Origin: an uncultured Candidatus Binatia bacterium
GTDB taxonomy: Bacteria; Desulfobacterota; Binatia; Bin18
Direction: 5' to 3'
Assembly (NCBI GenBank): GCA_965214605.1
Contig: OZ243961.1
Location: 2,656,001-2,720,000, forward strand
DNA: 64,000 nt
Position numbers and translations under genes: made by a program. Shown piece after piece: positions 38,922-46,990 of this stretch. The stretch's first letter is position 1, and every line of letters starts with the position of its first letter. The notes below the pieces were generated by a model. The model did no database searches. It had not been told where the DNA came from and saw only the letters and a list, made by a program, of their open reading frames with translations.

Positions 38922-39011
38922 CTTCTTCCCGGGCGCATGGAGAATCATCGTTTATATGAGCGCATGGCTAATCCACAAACAGCTTCTTCCTGGGCGCATG
39001 GAGAATCATCG
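38922..39011 (+). CRISPR. Possible orphan single-spacer CRISPR-like unit (29-bp repeat, 32-bp spacer)
   Basis: CTTCTTCC(C/T)GGGCGCATGGAGAATCATCG at 38922-38950 and 38983-39011, period 61. The repeat is directly visible; CRISPR identity is not established. Confidence 0.35.
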
Positions 39012-39290
39012 CTTTGATGAAATTGTTTATTCCTCTGAGCTTACTCGTCAAGCCGGCTCCGCCAAAGCGAATGAGTCACGTCAAACCTTGAGGGGAGCCA
39101 GGCGGTCCATTTGCTGAGAAACCTCTGCCTCCGAAAGGGGATGGCCCCATCCATCTTAGCATGTTCTTTGACAACGAATTTGACAGCAGCCCCCTTAAGA
39201 ATATCCAGCCAGATCCGGTTTGGCTGGACAACACCAGTGCATATATGCCATGTAGGGCCACAGGCAGAGATCTCAGTAAGGAGGATAGCC

Positions 39291-40805
39291 ATGACACTCC
39301 GCAAGCCAACCAGAGATGATCTAGAGCGTTTGGCCGAGGCGCATTATTTTGAACTGAGTGACGAAGAGCTTGAGGCTTTCCAGAACATGCTGCCCGCCAT
39401 GTTTGCGTCTCTAGACGAGCTAGACCAGAAGCCGTCCAATCTGCCGCCGGTCGTTTACCGGGACCGCGCCCCTGGGGGGCGGCCAAACCGACAGGACGAC
39501 CCACTAAACGCCATTGTGCGGCGCTGTTCGGTCAAAGGGGCGTCGTCGGGCAAGCTGGCTGGGAAACGGCTGGGAATCAAAGACAATGTGTGCATTGCCG
39601 GGCTGCCCATGACCTGCGCTTCCCTCGTCCTAGACGGCTATGTGCCGGATATCGACGCGACGATCATCACCCGGATGCTTGACGCCGGAGGGGAGGTGAC
39701 GGCTATCCTCAATATGGACAACTTCGCGTTCTCCGGCGGCGGCCATACCAGCGCCTACGGACCTACCCGCAACCCACATAACCCTAAACACAGCGCCGGT
39801 GGGTCTTCAGGGGGCTCTGGGGCTGCCCTGTCATACGATGACATCGACATGACGATTGGCGGTGACCAGGGCGGCTCCATACGTATCCCGGCCTCGTGGT
39901 GCGGGGTGGTCGGTCATAAGCCGACCCACAGCCTGGTCCCCTACACCGGTATTGTCGGCATTGACCCGACCTTTGACCATGCGGGGCCGATGACTAACAC
40001 GGTGGCCGATGCTGCCCTGCTGCTAGAGGTCATTGCCGGCAAGGACCCGTTGGACCCACGCCAGTACGAGGTGCCGGTCCACCCCTACACCCAGGAGCTG
40101 GACAAAGATATCGGTGGGCTGCGCCTGGGCGTGGTTCGTGAGGGGTTCGGCATGCCGGGATCTCAGCGGGGGGTAGATGCCAAAGTCCGTGAAGCGGTCA
40201 GCGCGCTGGGTGAGTTGGGGGCGGAGGTGCAAGAGGTTTCTATTCCGGCTCACCTTGAGGCGGGTGGCATTACCTGGGCGCTCATTGCGGAAGGCATGGC
40301 GGCCTTGGCCTATGGCAACGGGGTCGGCCATCATTGGAAGGGGCTCTACAACGAGAGCTTTGTCAACACGTTCGGCAAGTCCCTCCAGGCCCAGGCCCAA
40401 GATCTGCCTATTCAGGTGAAGCTGGTGGTGGTACTTGGCTCATATTTGAACACGGCCTACCATGGACGTCTGTACGCCAAGGCCCAGAACCAGCGCCGGG
40501 CGCTACGGGCGGCCTATGACAGTGTGTTGGAGCGGTGTGATGTGTTGGTCATGCCTACCACGCCGATGGTTGCCCAGCGGCATGAGCCCGCGCAGTCCGT
40601 CCAGCAGAATCTAAATTTTGGCTGGACCATGTTGGCCAATACCGCGCCGTTTGACATGACCGGCCATCCGTCGCTGAGCCTACCGTGTGGCAAGTCGGAG
40701 GGGCTGCCGGTTGGCTTGATGCTGACCGGCCGCCATTTTGAGGACGGTACGCTGCTGCGGGTGGGACACGTGTTTGAGCAGCAGATGGCTTGGCAGGCGC
40801 GCTAG
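39291..40805 (+). CDS. Amidase signature family enzyme
   Basis: GIKDN, GGSSGGS, GGDQGGSIRIPASWCG; RBS AAGGAGG. Confidence 0.95.
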   Translation: MTLRKPTRDDLERLAEAHYFELSDEELEAFQNMLPAMFASLDELDQKPSNLPPVVYRDRAPGGRPNRQDDPLNAIVRRCSVKGASSGKLAGKRLGIKDNVCIAGLPMTCASLVLDGYVPDIDATIITRMLDAGGEVTAILNMDNFAFSGGGHTSAYGPTRNPHNPKHSAGGSSGGSGAALSYDDIDMTIGGDQGGSIRIPASWCGVVGHKPTHSLVPYTGIVGIDPTFDHAGPMTNTVADAALLLEVIAGKDPLDPRQYEVPVHPYTQELDKDIGGLRLGVVREGFGMPGSQRGVDAKVREAVSALGELGAEVQEVSIPAHLEAGGITWALIAEGMAALAYGNGVGHHWKGLYNESFVNTFGKSLQAQAQDLPIQVKLVVVLGSYLNTAYHGRLYAKAQNQRRALRAAYDSVLERCDVLVMPTTPMVAQRHEPAQSVQQNLNFGWTMLANTAPFDMTGHPSLSLPCGKSEGLPVGLMLTGRHFEDGTLLRVGHVFEQQMAWQAR

Positions 40806-40931
40806 AGGCCGTTCCCTCGCTCTGGAGGGAGGGAACGCTGCACTGTCGACCTTGGCTCCTTCCTCGAACCGCCCGTTTACCGCGGGGCTCAGACCATGGC
40901 CGGGGCGGTCCATGTATTTGCAATCCGTTAA

Positions 40932-41726
40932 TTAGGATTTTGTGGCGGACACTAAGAACTGTGGCAAACAGAAAAAGTATGTGCCGTTATCCAGCCGGGC
41001 TTTGATGTCGGCTAGCCAGGCGTCAGCTTGGTTTTGACCGACCACTCCAGAGACGGTGGCGTAGTGATACAGGCTCTTCTCCAGCATTGGCAGGGCGTGG
41101 CCGACTAGATCGGGGCTGGCAAAGATCTTGGTCGCGATGTCGGTCAGTCCGGCCGCTTTGCACAGGCGGGGTAATTTGCGACCAATACGGGGCTCTTTTG
41201 TGACGGTTGACGTCACAGCCTCGATAACACGGTCGTGCAAGGCTTCATCGCTGGCGTCTAGGGCGAGCATGTCCCAATCACTATCGATAAGGACGATCTT
41301 GCCGCCGGGTTTTGCCACCCGAGCGATTTCTCGAACCGTTGCCTCGGCGGAGTCTACGTATTCCAGGACATTTTTGCAAAATACCCTATCAAAAGTCCTG
41401 TCGGCAAAGGGCAGGGGAGGAAAGTCGGCGTGTTCATAGCGAACCTGAGACAGTTCTTGCTGTTGTGTCTGAGCCCTTGCTCGTGAGACAAACGTCTCAT
41501 TAATATCAATACCAACGGCTTGTCCTCCGGGGCCGACCCGGCGGCCAAACTCCTGGGTGATAGAGCCGGGGCCAGAACCCACGTCGAGCACCGACTGTCC
41601 GGGTTGCACCTCAAGCGGGGCCAGCAGGGGAGCCATCCGAGGGTGGTAGCCGAGGAGGTTGTCGTAGATGGAAAAACGGCCCTGCTCAATGTCAATCCAG
41701 TGCTGCTTGTAGTATGGAGCCGTCAT
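40932..41726 (-). CDS. Class I SAM-dependent methyltransferase
   Basis: VLDVGSGPG, GIDIN, LPFADRTFD, KPGG. Confidence 0.92.
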   Translation of the reverse strand: MTAPYYKQHWIDIEQGRFSIYDNLLGYHPRMAPLLAPLEVQPGQSVLDVGSGPGSITQEFGRRVGPGGQAVGIDINETFVSRARAQTQQQELSQVRYEHADFPPLPFADRTFDRVFCKNVLEYVDSAEATVREIARVAKPGGKIVLIDSDWDMLALDASDEALHDRVIEAVTSTVTKEPRIGRKLPRLCKAAGLTDIATKIFASPDLVGHALPMLEKSLYHYATVSGVVGQNQADAWLADIKARLDNGTYFFCLPQFLVSATKS

Positions 41727-42596
41727 TTAATCACCTATCAGGATGTGTCTGGCCTCTTGCGGCGTTGCGGGGTGTCTGCCGTGGGCGCGGGCGACTTCAA
41801 CCGCCCAGTTGACATAGTCGGCACTGCTCTGGGCCGGAGAGCCGTCGATGAGCGTATCGCGATCTTCAAAGCCGATACGTAGGTGAGCCCCGGTCGAGAT
41901 AGCCAGACTGGCGATGGTGAAGACACTGTCTTCAATGCCGTGGGCGATCCAGGTGGCATTTGGAAAGATCTCTCTGACGCAGTCCGTCATATAGGCGTAG
42001 CTGCGTGGCGTGCCCGGCATGATCTGAAAGCCCTGGCCGAAGCGGCCTGAGAACTCAACCAAGAGGTAGCGCGGCGCGGGCAGCAGGCCGTCTTCGACAA
42101 ACATGGCGACATTGGACAGAAAGCCGGTGTCAAGCACGGCAGGCTCGGGCACAATCCCGCGCTCGCGACACACCTGTATAGTCTGTCTGATATCGTTGTA
42201 GGAGTTGGGAATCGCGATTGTCCGCCGCCCGCCCTCAGAGAGCGGACTATTGAAAACAATATTGCCCGAGTTGAGAGAGATCATATCGACCGGCTTGGGC
42301 GTTTCCCGCAAATAGCGCAGAACCTGCTCAATCGTGGCGTCCGGCATCCGGGCGGTGGTGTGGTTGATAAGCAGATCGGTCTGTTCCCGAATCAATCGGT
42401 CGGCTTCAGCATACCACTCCGGATCGTAGCTGATGGCGCCTTCAGGGGTCCGGGCGTGGATGTGGACGACCGCAGCACCGGCCTCGGCACACCGCCGTGC
42501 CTCCGCGGCCACTTCAGCCGGCGTCCAGGGCACGTGCGGGCTGCGCTCACGGCCACGCATACCATTCAGGCAGGCTTTGATAACGATAGTGTCCAT
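41727..42596 (-). CDS. Beta-keto acid cleavage enzyme family (Kce/DUF849)
   Basis: KACLNG, VPWTPAE, AGAAVVHIHAR, RIGFED, ATPQEAR. Confidence 0.93.
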   Translation of the reverse strand: MDTIVIKACLNGMRGRERSPHVPWTPAEVAAEARRCAEAGAAVVHIHARTPEGAISYDPEWYAEADRLIREQTDLLINHTTARMPDATIEQVLRYLRETPKPVDMISLNSGNIVFNSPLSEGGRRTIAIPNSYNDIRQTIQVCRERGIVPEPAVLDTGFLSNVAMFVEDGLLPAPRYLLVEFSGRFGQGFQIMPGTPRSYAYMTDCVREIFPNATWIAHGIEDSVFTIASLAISTGAHLRIGFEDRDTLIDGSPAQSSADYVNWAVEVARAHGRHPATPQEARHILIGD

Positions 42597-42712
42597 GAAC
42601 CTCTCCTTGAGAAGAGCCACGAGAGAGACACTTAGGGTGCCCTCTGCAGTGCTTTTGTTCTCTCCCGCCGGGTGGGGTGGGAGAGAGGTGGACGAAGAGC
42701 CGCAGGCGGCTG

Positions 42713-43258
42713 CTAGGCGGCTTGCTGTTGTTTGTCTTTCAGCAGCTTGGTGATAATCTCGTCAATAACGTGGTCGGCCAGAGCGCGGACCTCGTCCTGG
42801 GTTTTGGGTTGGATAGGATGCTCCACCAGAATCGGCTCGTAGTCCGGCATGCCAAGCGCGGTGCACTGGGCGTGGGCCGCACCAATGAATTCGGTGGTGG
42901 TCACATTTGCGGTCGGAATCCCCTGTTCTTCAAAATAGACAACATCGTGCGAACTGCACGAGATACAGCCCCCTCAATCGCTGAGAGCTTCGATAATGGC
43001 GTCACACTTCTGGCTGAGTTCGGCTTTTAGCGGCTCGGGAGCCGTCCGAGCGACCGTGGGCTTCATGCGACGTAAGACATCCTTCACCTCGTACTGCTCA
43101 CGCAGGACTTCTTCCACCCGATCGAGAAAGAAGGCGCCTTTCGCCTTACTGATATCAAGTAAGCCCACCGTCTTGCCGGCCAAGGTCTCGAGCCGAGGGG
43201 CAAAAGCTTTCTGCTCGCGTTCTACTACATCCGTCGGGTCTAGTAAGATATCTCCCAT
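42713..43258 (-). CDS. UGSC-family selenoprotein (in-frame UGA at 42974-42976 read as Sec), 181 aa
   Basis: ...CDAIIEALSD-U-GGCISCSSHDVVYFEEQGIPT... joins two ORF-track fragments in one frame; RBS AAGGAGG. Confidence 0.85.
42941..42973 (-). promoter_or_regulatory. Putative bacterial SECIS element
   Basis: After UGA: GGGGGCTGTATC-TCGTGC-AGTTC-GCACGA; apical loop starts 18 nt after UGA with G at loop position 2. Confidence 0.7.
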
Positions 43259-43274
43259 CCGATGCCTCCTTATC

Positions 43275-44363
43275 TTAGGCGTGAATTTCTTTGGTCGTGA
43301 TGCGGCTGCCAGCATCAGATCCGGCCCAGCCTTGGATGGCGGCCGAAAAACGACCTGCCGTGCCTCCAGCCACAATGATAACGATATTGTCGGGTTTGGG
43401 AAACTTGGGAAAGAGCGTCTCATCAGTCGGCGGTGGGCGGTCTTTCTTGGGCGTTCTGAGCATACTGACTCCCACCCCTTCGCCACCGTTCACGTCAGGC
43501 CGGAGGTCCCGCAGCGGACGGCGAATGTTCTCGTACAGGAATTGGCGCAGATCGTTTTTGGACCAGCCGTCTTGCGCGAAGGTTGCAGCGTGCTCAGGGC
43601 AAACGACGAGGACGGTGTCCGAAAAGAGCGGATAGTTTTTGTGGTTCCACAGTCCGGACATGGTCCACCCTAGGGAGAGCGCGAGTTGCTCGGCACTCCG
43701 GCTGGCGTGATCATTGATCTGCAGCGGTGAGTGGCCGCCAAACAGAGTGACCGTACTCTGGTCGGGGCGAAAGCCTTTTTCGACATGCAGCGGCTCCCAC
43801 GGACTGTCTTCCTCGTTTTCGCCCACACAAAACGTGTACTGGGCGGGGTGCCCCATGGTCGCCTTCGTGATCTCGTGGGGCTTAGCGCCGCCAATATTGA
43901 TAATCATCAGCCGCAGAGCACGGCCGATAGTCGCGTTAGCCCGGAAGCCGTGGCCCATCGCATTATGGCCGCAGTTCACTCCGATTTGGTGCCGAATTGG
44001 GCCGTTAATAATCGTCATCGGCGAGGCGGAGAAGGTCGTGACATTGATGCCGTGGATGCAAAACTGCTCCTCACACATGGCCTCGACCGCGGCCAGAACC
44101 GTCGGAAAATACGACGGGTGACAGCCGGCCATCACCGCATTAATCGCAATTTTCTCCAGCGTCGCCCGGCCGTAATTGGGGCCTATCGTGCCAATTTCCT
44201 CTTTTGGGTCCCACGCCGTGGCAGCCAGCATGCGCGCCACCCGCTCCTGGGTGGGCGGGACAACCGGTAAGCCGTCCGTCACCCCACGGGAGTACAACAG
44301 TTCAACCGGATCCTCTTCTTGGACCTCAATCCGTCGTGAGGACAGTTCTGCCGACTGTGCCAT
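43275..44363 (-). CDS. Conserved hypothetical protein, partner of the UGSC-type protein
   Basis: TDGLPVVPPT, TLEKIAINAVMAGC, RANATIGRALRL, ENEEDSPW. Confidence 0.8.
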   Translation of the reverse strand: MAQSAELSSRRIEVQEEDPVELLYSRGVTDGLPVVPPTQERVARMLAATAWDPKEEIGTIGPNYGRATLEKIAINAVMAGCHPSYFPTVLAAVEAMCEEQFCIHGINVTTFSASPMTIINGPIRHQIGVNCGHNAMGHGFRANATIGRALRLMIINIGGAKPHEITKATMGHPAQYTFCVGENEEDSPWEPLHVEKGFRPDQSTVTLFGGHSPLQINDHASRSAEQLALSLGWTMSGLWNHKNYPLFSDTVLVVCPEHAATFAQDGWSKNDLRQFLYENIRRPLRDLRPDVNGGEGVGVSMLRTPKKDRPPPTDETLFPKFPKPDNIVIIVAGGTAGRFSAAIQGWAGSDAGSRITTKEIHA

Positions 44364-44376
44364 ACTGCATCCCCCT

Positions 44377-45330
44377 CTATTTGATCGCCTGTGGGTTGAC
44401 CGGTGACCCGACCGCTCCGGTAATCGTCAACGGCGGCGCGACGAACATAAATTCGTATACCCCGTCGGCCGCACAGTCCTTGGCTAACTCTTCGAGGTCA
44501 AAAATCTCTCCCACCAACATGCCGGCGTGGACAATCAGAATCATGTGCAGGGGTTGGAAGATGTCGGGCGTCTCGTTTGGAATAACCTCGGTGCCCCAGG
44601 TGTCTGTGGCGTAGCCGGCGACCTGCTTGTCGCACAGCCACGACGCGCACGCCACGCCTAGCCCTGGTGCGTTACCGCCGCTATAGGTCCCCCAGTCGTT
44701 GTCGGCCCGAACCTGGGCAATCTGGCCGGTGCGAATAATGACAATGTCGCCGGTACTCACATCCACCCAACCCATTGCGGCTGCGCCGTCGAGATCTTCG
44801 GGCTGAATCGCTTCTCCGGGTTCCAGCCATTGGTTGCCCTTGTAGCGGGGAATATCGAGCAGCACGCTACGGGAAATAATCTTGCTCTTCGCATTTTCAA
44901 TCCCGTTCCTTTTGGCCCCCCTACTGGTCACCACCTCTGCTCCGTAACCATTGTACATCTTGTCTTTGTACAGAATATGGGCCAGGGCGTCCCACTGGGT
45001 GGCGCACTGGAGCGGCATGGTCACCGCGTCGTCGGTATACTGCAGATTTGGTAAATGCTTCTGGGCACCAACCGCGATGTCACCCCCATCCTGGATCATA
45101 AAGTGAATAGGGTTAAAGCGCCCATAGGCACCGGTCTGAGGACCTTTGTCATCAAAGGGAATAGCCAGCGAAATGACCTTGCCCTGGGTGACGAGCTTTG
45201 CGGCGTTGACCACTTTTTCGGGGGTGATGTAGTTGAGCGTGCCAAGCTGATCGTTGGGTCCCCACTTGCCCCAGTTTTTATATTTTTGGGCCAGGGCTTC
45301 GACGTCTGCCATCGAGTACTGTTGTCTCAT
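44377..45330 (-). CDS. Cyclase family metal-dependent hydrolase
   Basis: NWGKWGPNDQLGTLN, TQWDALAH, GAVGSPVNP. Confidence 0.92.
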   Translation of the reverse strand: MRQQYSMADVEALAQKYKNWGKWGPNDQLGTLNYITPEKVVNAAKLVTQGKVISLAIPFDDKGPQTGAYGRFNPIHFMIQDGGDIAVGAQKHLPNLQYTDDAVTMPLQCATQWDALAHILYKDKMYNGYGAEVVTSRGAKRNGIENAKSKIISRSVLLDIPRYKGNQWLEPGEAIQPEDLDGAAAMGWVDVSTGDIVIIRTGQIAQVRADNDWGTYSGGNAPGLGVACASWLCDKQVAGYATDTWGTEVIPNETPDIFQPLHMILIVHAGMLVGEIFDLEELAKDCAADGVYEFMFVAPPLTITGAVGSPVNPQAIK

Positions 45331-45441
45331 GTGCTCTCCTTCTTCGTTCCTATCTTCCCCCGTCTGACAGCCGTTCGTCAAGAATCGTTGCGCTGTATCT
45401 TAGAGAGGTCACCCAGACGATCTCTTTTGCCGTCCGACGGC

Positions 45442-46386
45442 TCAGGTTCCGAGCTGCGTGCCGGGCGTTTGAGGCTGGCCCTTGAGGAATTCGCGAATGC
45501 CTAAGCGTTTTTTTCCGGCCAACTGAACTTCTTCGAGAGCCAGGGTGCCACAGCCGGTGACGATCAGCAGTTGGTCTGGAGCAGCGCACACCACGGTCCC
45601 CGGCGCCGCACTTGAGAGCCCGGACTGGGCCAAGCGGGCGGCGTAGACCTTGAGCCGCTGACCGTGCAGAGTCGTATAGGCCGACGGCCAGGGCTGGAAC
45701 GCCCGAATACGTCTTTCAATGCTGAGCGCGTCCTGAGTCCAATTGATGCGTCCGTCTTCCTTTTTGATCAAGGGTGCATACGTCGCCTGGCTCTCATCCT
45801 GCGGTCTGGCAACGAGTCGCCCGTGTTTGAACAGAGTCAAGGCCTGGTCAAGCGCCCCGGCTCCAAGCACGGACAGTTTGGCGTGCAGTCTCCCGGCGGT
45901 TTCTGTGTCGGGAATAGGAATAGCTTTTTGCAGCAAAATATCGCCGGCGTCCATCTTTTGAACGACCCGCATGATGGTGACGCCGGTCTGCGTCTCACCG
46001 TTGGCAATCGCCCACTGAATGGGAGCTGCCCCCCGGTACTTGGGGAGCAGAGAAGCATGGACATTGATACAGCCGTGGGGGGGGAGGTCGAGCAGACGCT
46101 TGGGCAGCAGCTTGCCGTACGCCGCAATCACGAGCAGGTCGGGCTGCCAGGCCCGCAGGTGTTCGACGACCTCAGGCGAGTGGAGCTTCGCGGGTTGAAA
46201 GAGGGGAATGTTGTGTTCGAGAGCGCAGGTTTTGACCGCTGAGGGGCGCGGTACCATGCCTCGTCCGGCCGGTTGGTCGGGCTGGGTGACCACGGCGACG
46301 AGGGTGTCTTCTCTCTCAGTCAGGACCCGTAGGGACGGCACGGCAAATTCCGGCGTGCCCATGAAGACGAGACGGAGGGGTTTCAC
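45442..46386 (-). CDS. fmt: Methionyl-tRNA formyltransferase
   Basis: FMGTPEFA, NVHASLLPKYRGAAPIQ. Confidence 0.98.
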   Translation of the reverse strand: MKPLRLVFMGTPEFAVPSLRVLTEREDTLVAVVTQPDQPAGRGMVPRPSAVKTCALEHNIPLFQPAKLHSPEVVEHLRAWQPDLLVIAAYGKLLPKRLLDLPPHGCINVHASLLPKYRGAAPIQWAIANGETQTGVTIMRVVQKMDAGDILLQKAIPIPDTETAGRLHAKLSVLGAGALDQALTLFKHGRLVARPQDESQATYAPLIKKEDGRINWTQDALSIERRIRAFQPWPSAYTTLHGQRLKVYAARLAQSGLSSAAPGTVVCAAPDQLLIVTGCGTLALEEVQLAGKKRLGIREFLKGQPQTPGTQLGT

Positions 46387-46395
46387 AGTGTTCGC

Positions 46396-46935
46396 TTAAA
46401 TCGCTGGCGGCCCCTTGTCAGCCTTAAGGGGCCGACCTTCGCGGATCAGCTTCTTGACCCGCCGACTATAGATGTCCCGCTTGAGACGGCTGATGCGGTC
46501 GATAAACAGTTGACCGTCAAGGTGGTCAAGCTCGTGCTGGAGGGCCACGGCCAACAGTTCTTCAGCCTCGACGGTGATCTCTTTTTGGTCAAGCGTCCAG
46601 GCGCTGACCTCGACTTTGGCGGCCCGTTTCACCTCGGCTGTATAGTCAATGACGCTAAGACAGCCTTCTTCCCAGACAAGAAAGCCTTCCTGAGCAGTGA
46701 TACGGGGATTGACCAGTTGTAGTAGCTCTTTGCCGGGCTCTTCGTGATTCACGTCGAGGACCACAACGCGCTGGGCCGTGCCGAGTTGGGGGGCGGCTAG
46801 GCCAACACCCGGCGCGTCATACATGGTCTCCACCATGTCTTCGACCAAGCGGGCTAGCTCGCCGTCCATGTTTTCGACCGCGGTCGAGGTTTTGGTCAGA
46901 CGTATGTCCGGAAAATGGAGAATTTCTCGTATCAT
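46396..46935 (-). CDS. def: Peptide deformylase
   Basis: GVGLAAPQ, EGCLS, QHELDHLDG. Confidence 0.98.
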   Translation of the reverse strand: MIREILHFPDIRLTKTSTAVENMDGELARLVEDMVETMYDAPGVGLAAPQLGTAQRVVVLDVNHEEPGKELLQLVNPRITAQEGFLVWEEGCLSVIDYTAEVKRAAKVEVSAWTLDQKEITVEAEELLAVALQHELDHLDGQLFIDRISRLKRDIYSRRVKKLIREGRPLKADKGPPAI

Positions 46936-46990
46936 CAGGCTCTCAAAAACAATGATTTTTTCTTGATGGGGCATTCACACGTCCACCCCT

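Noticed and set aside
42974-43486. Separate 170-aa and 63-aa ORFs
   Set aside because: Better explained as one Sec-containing gene starting at 43258
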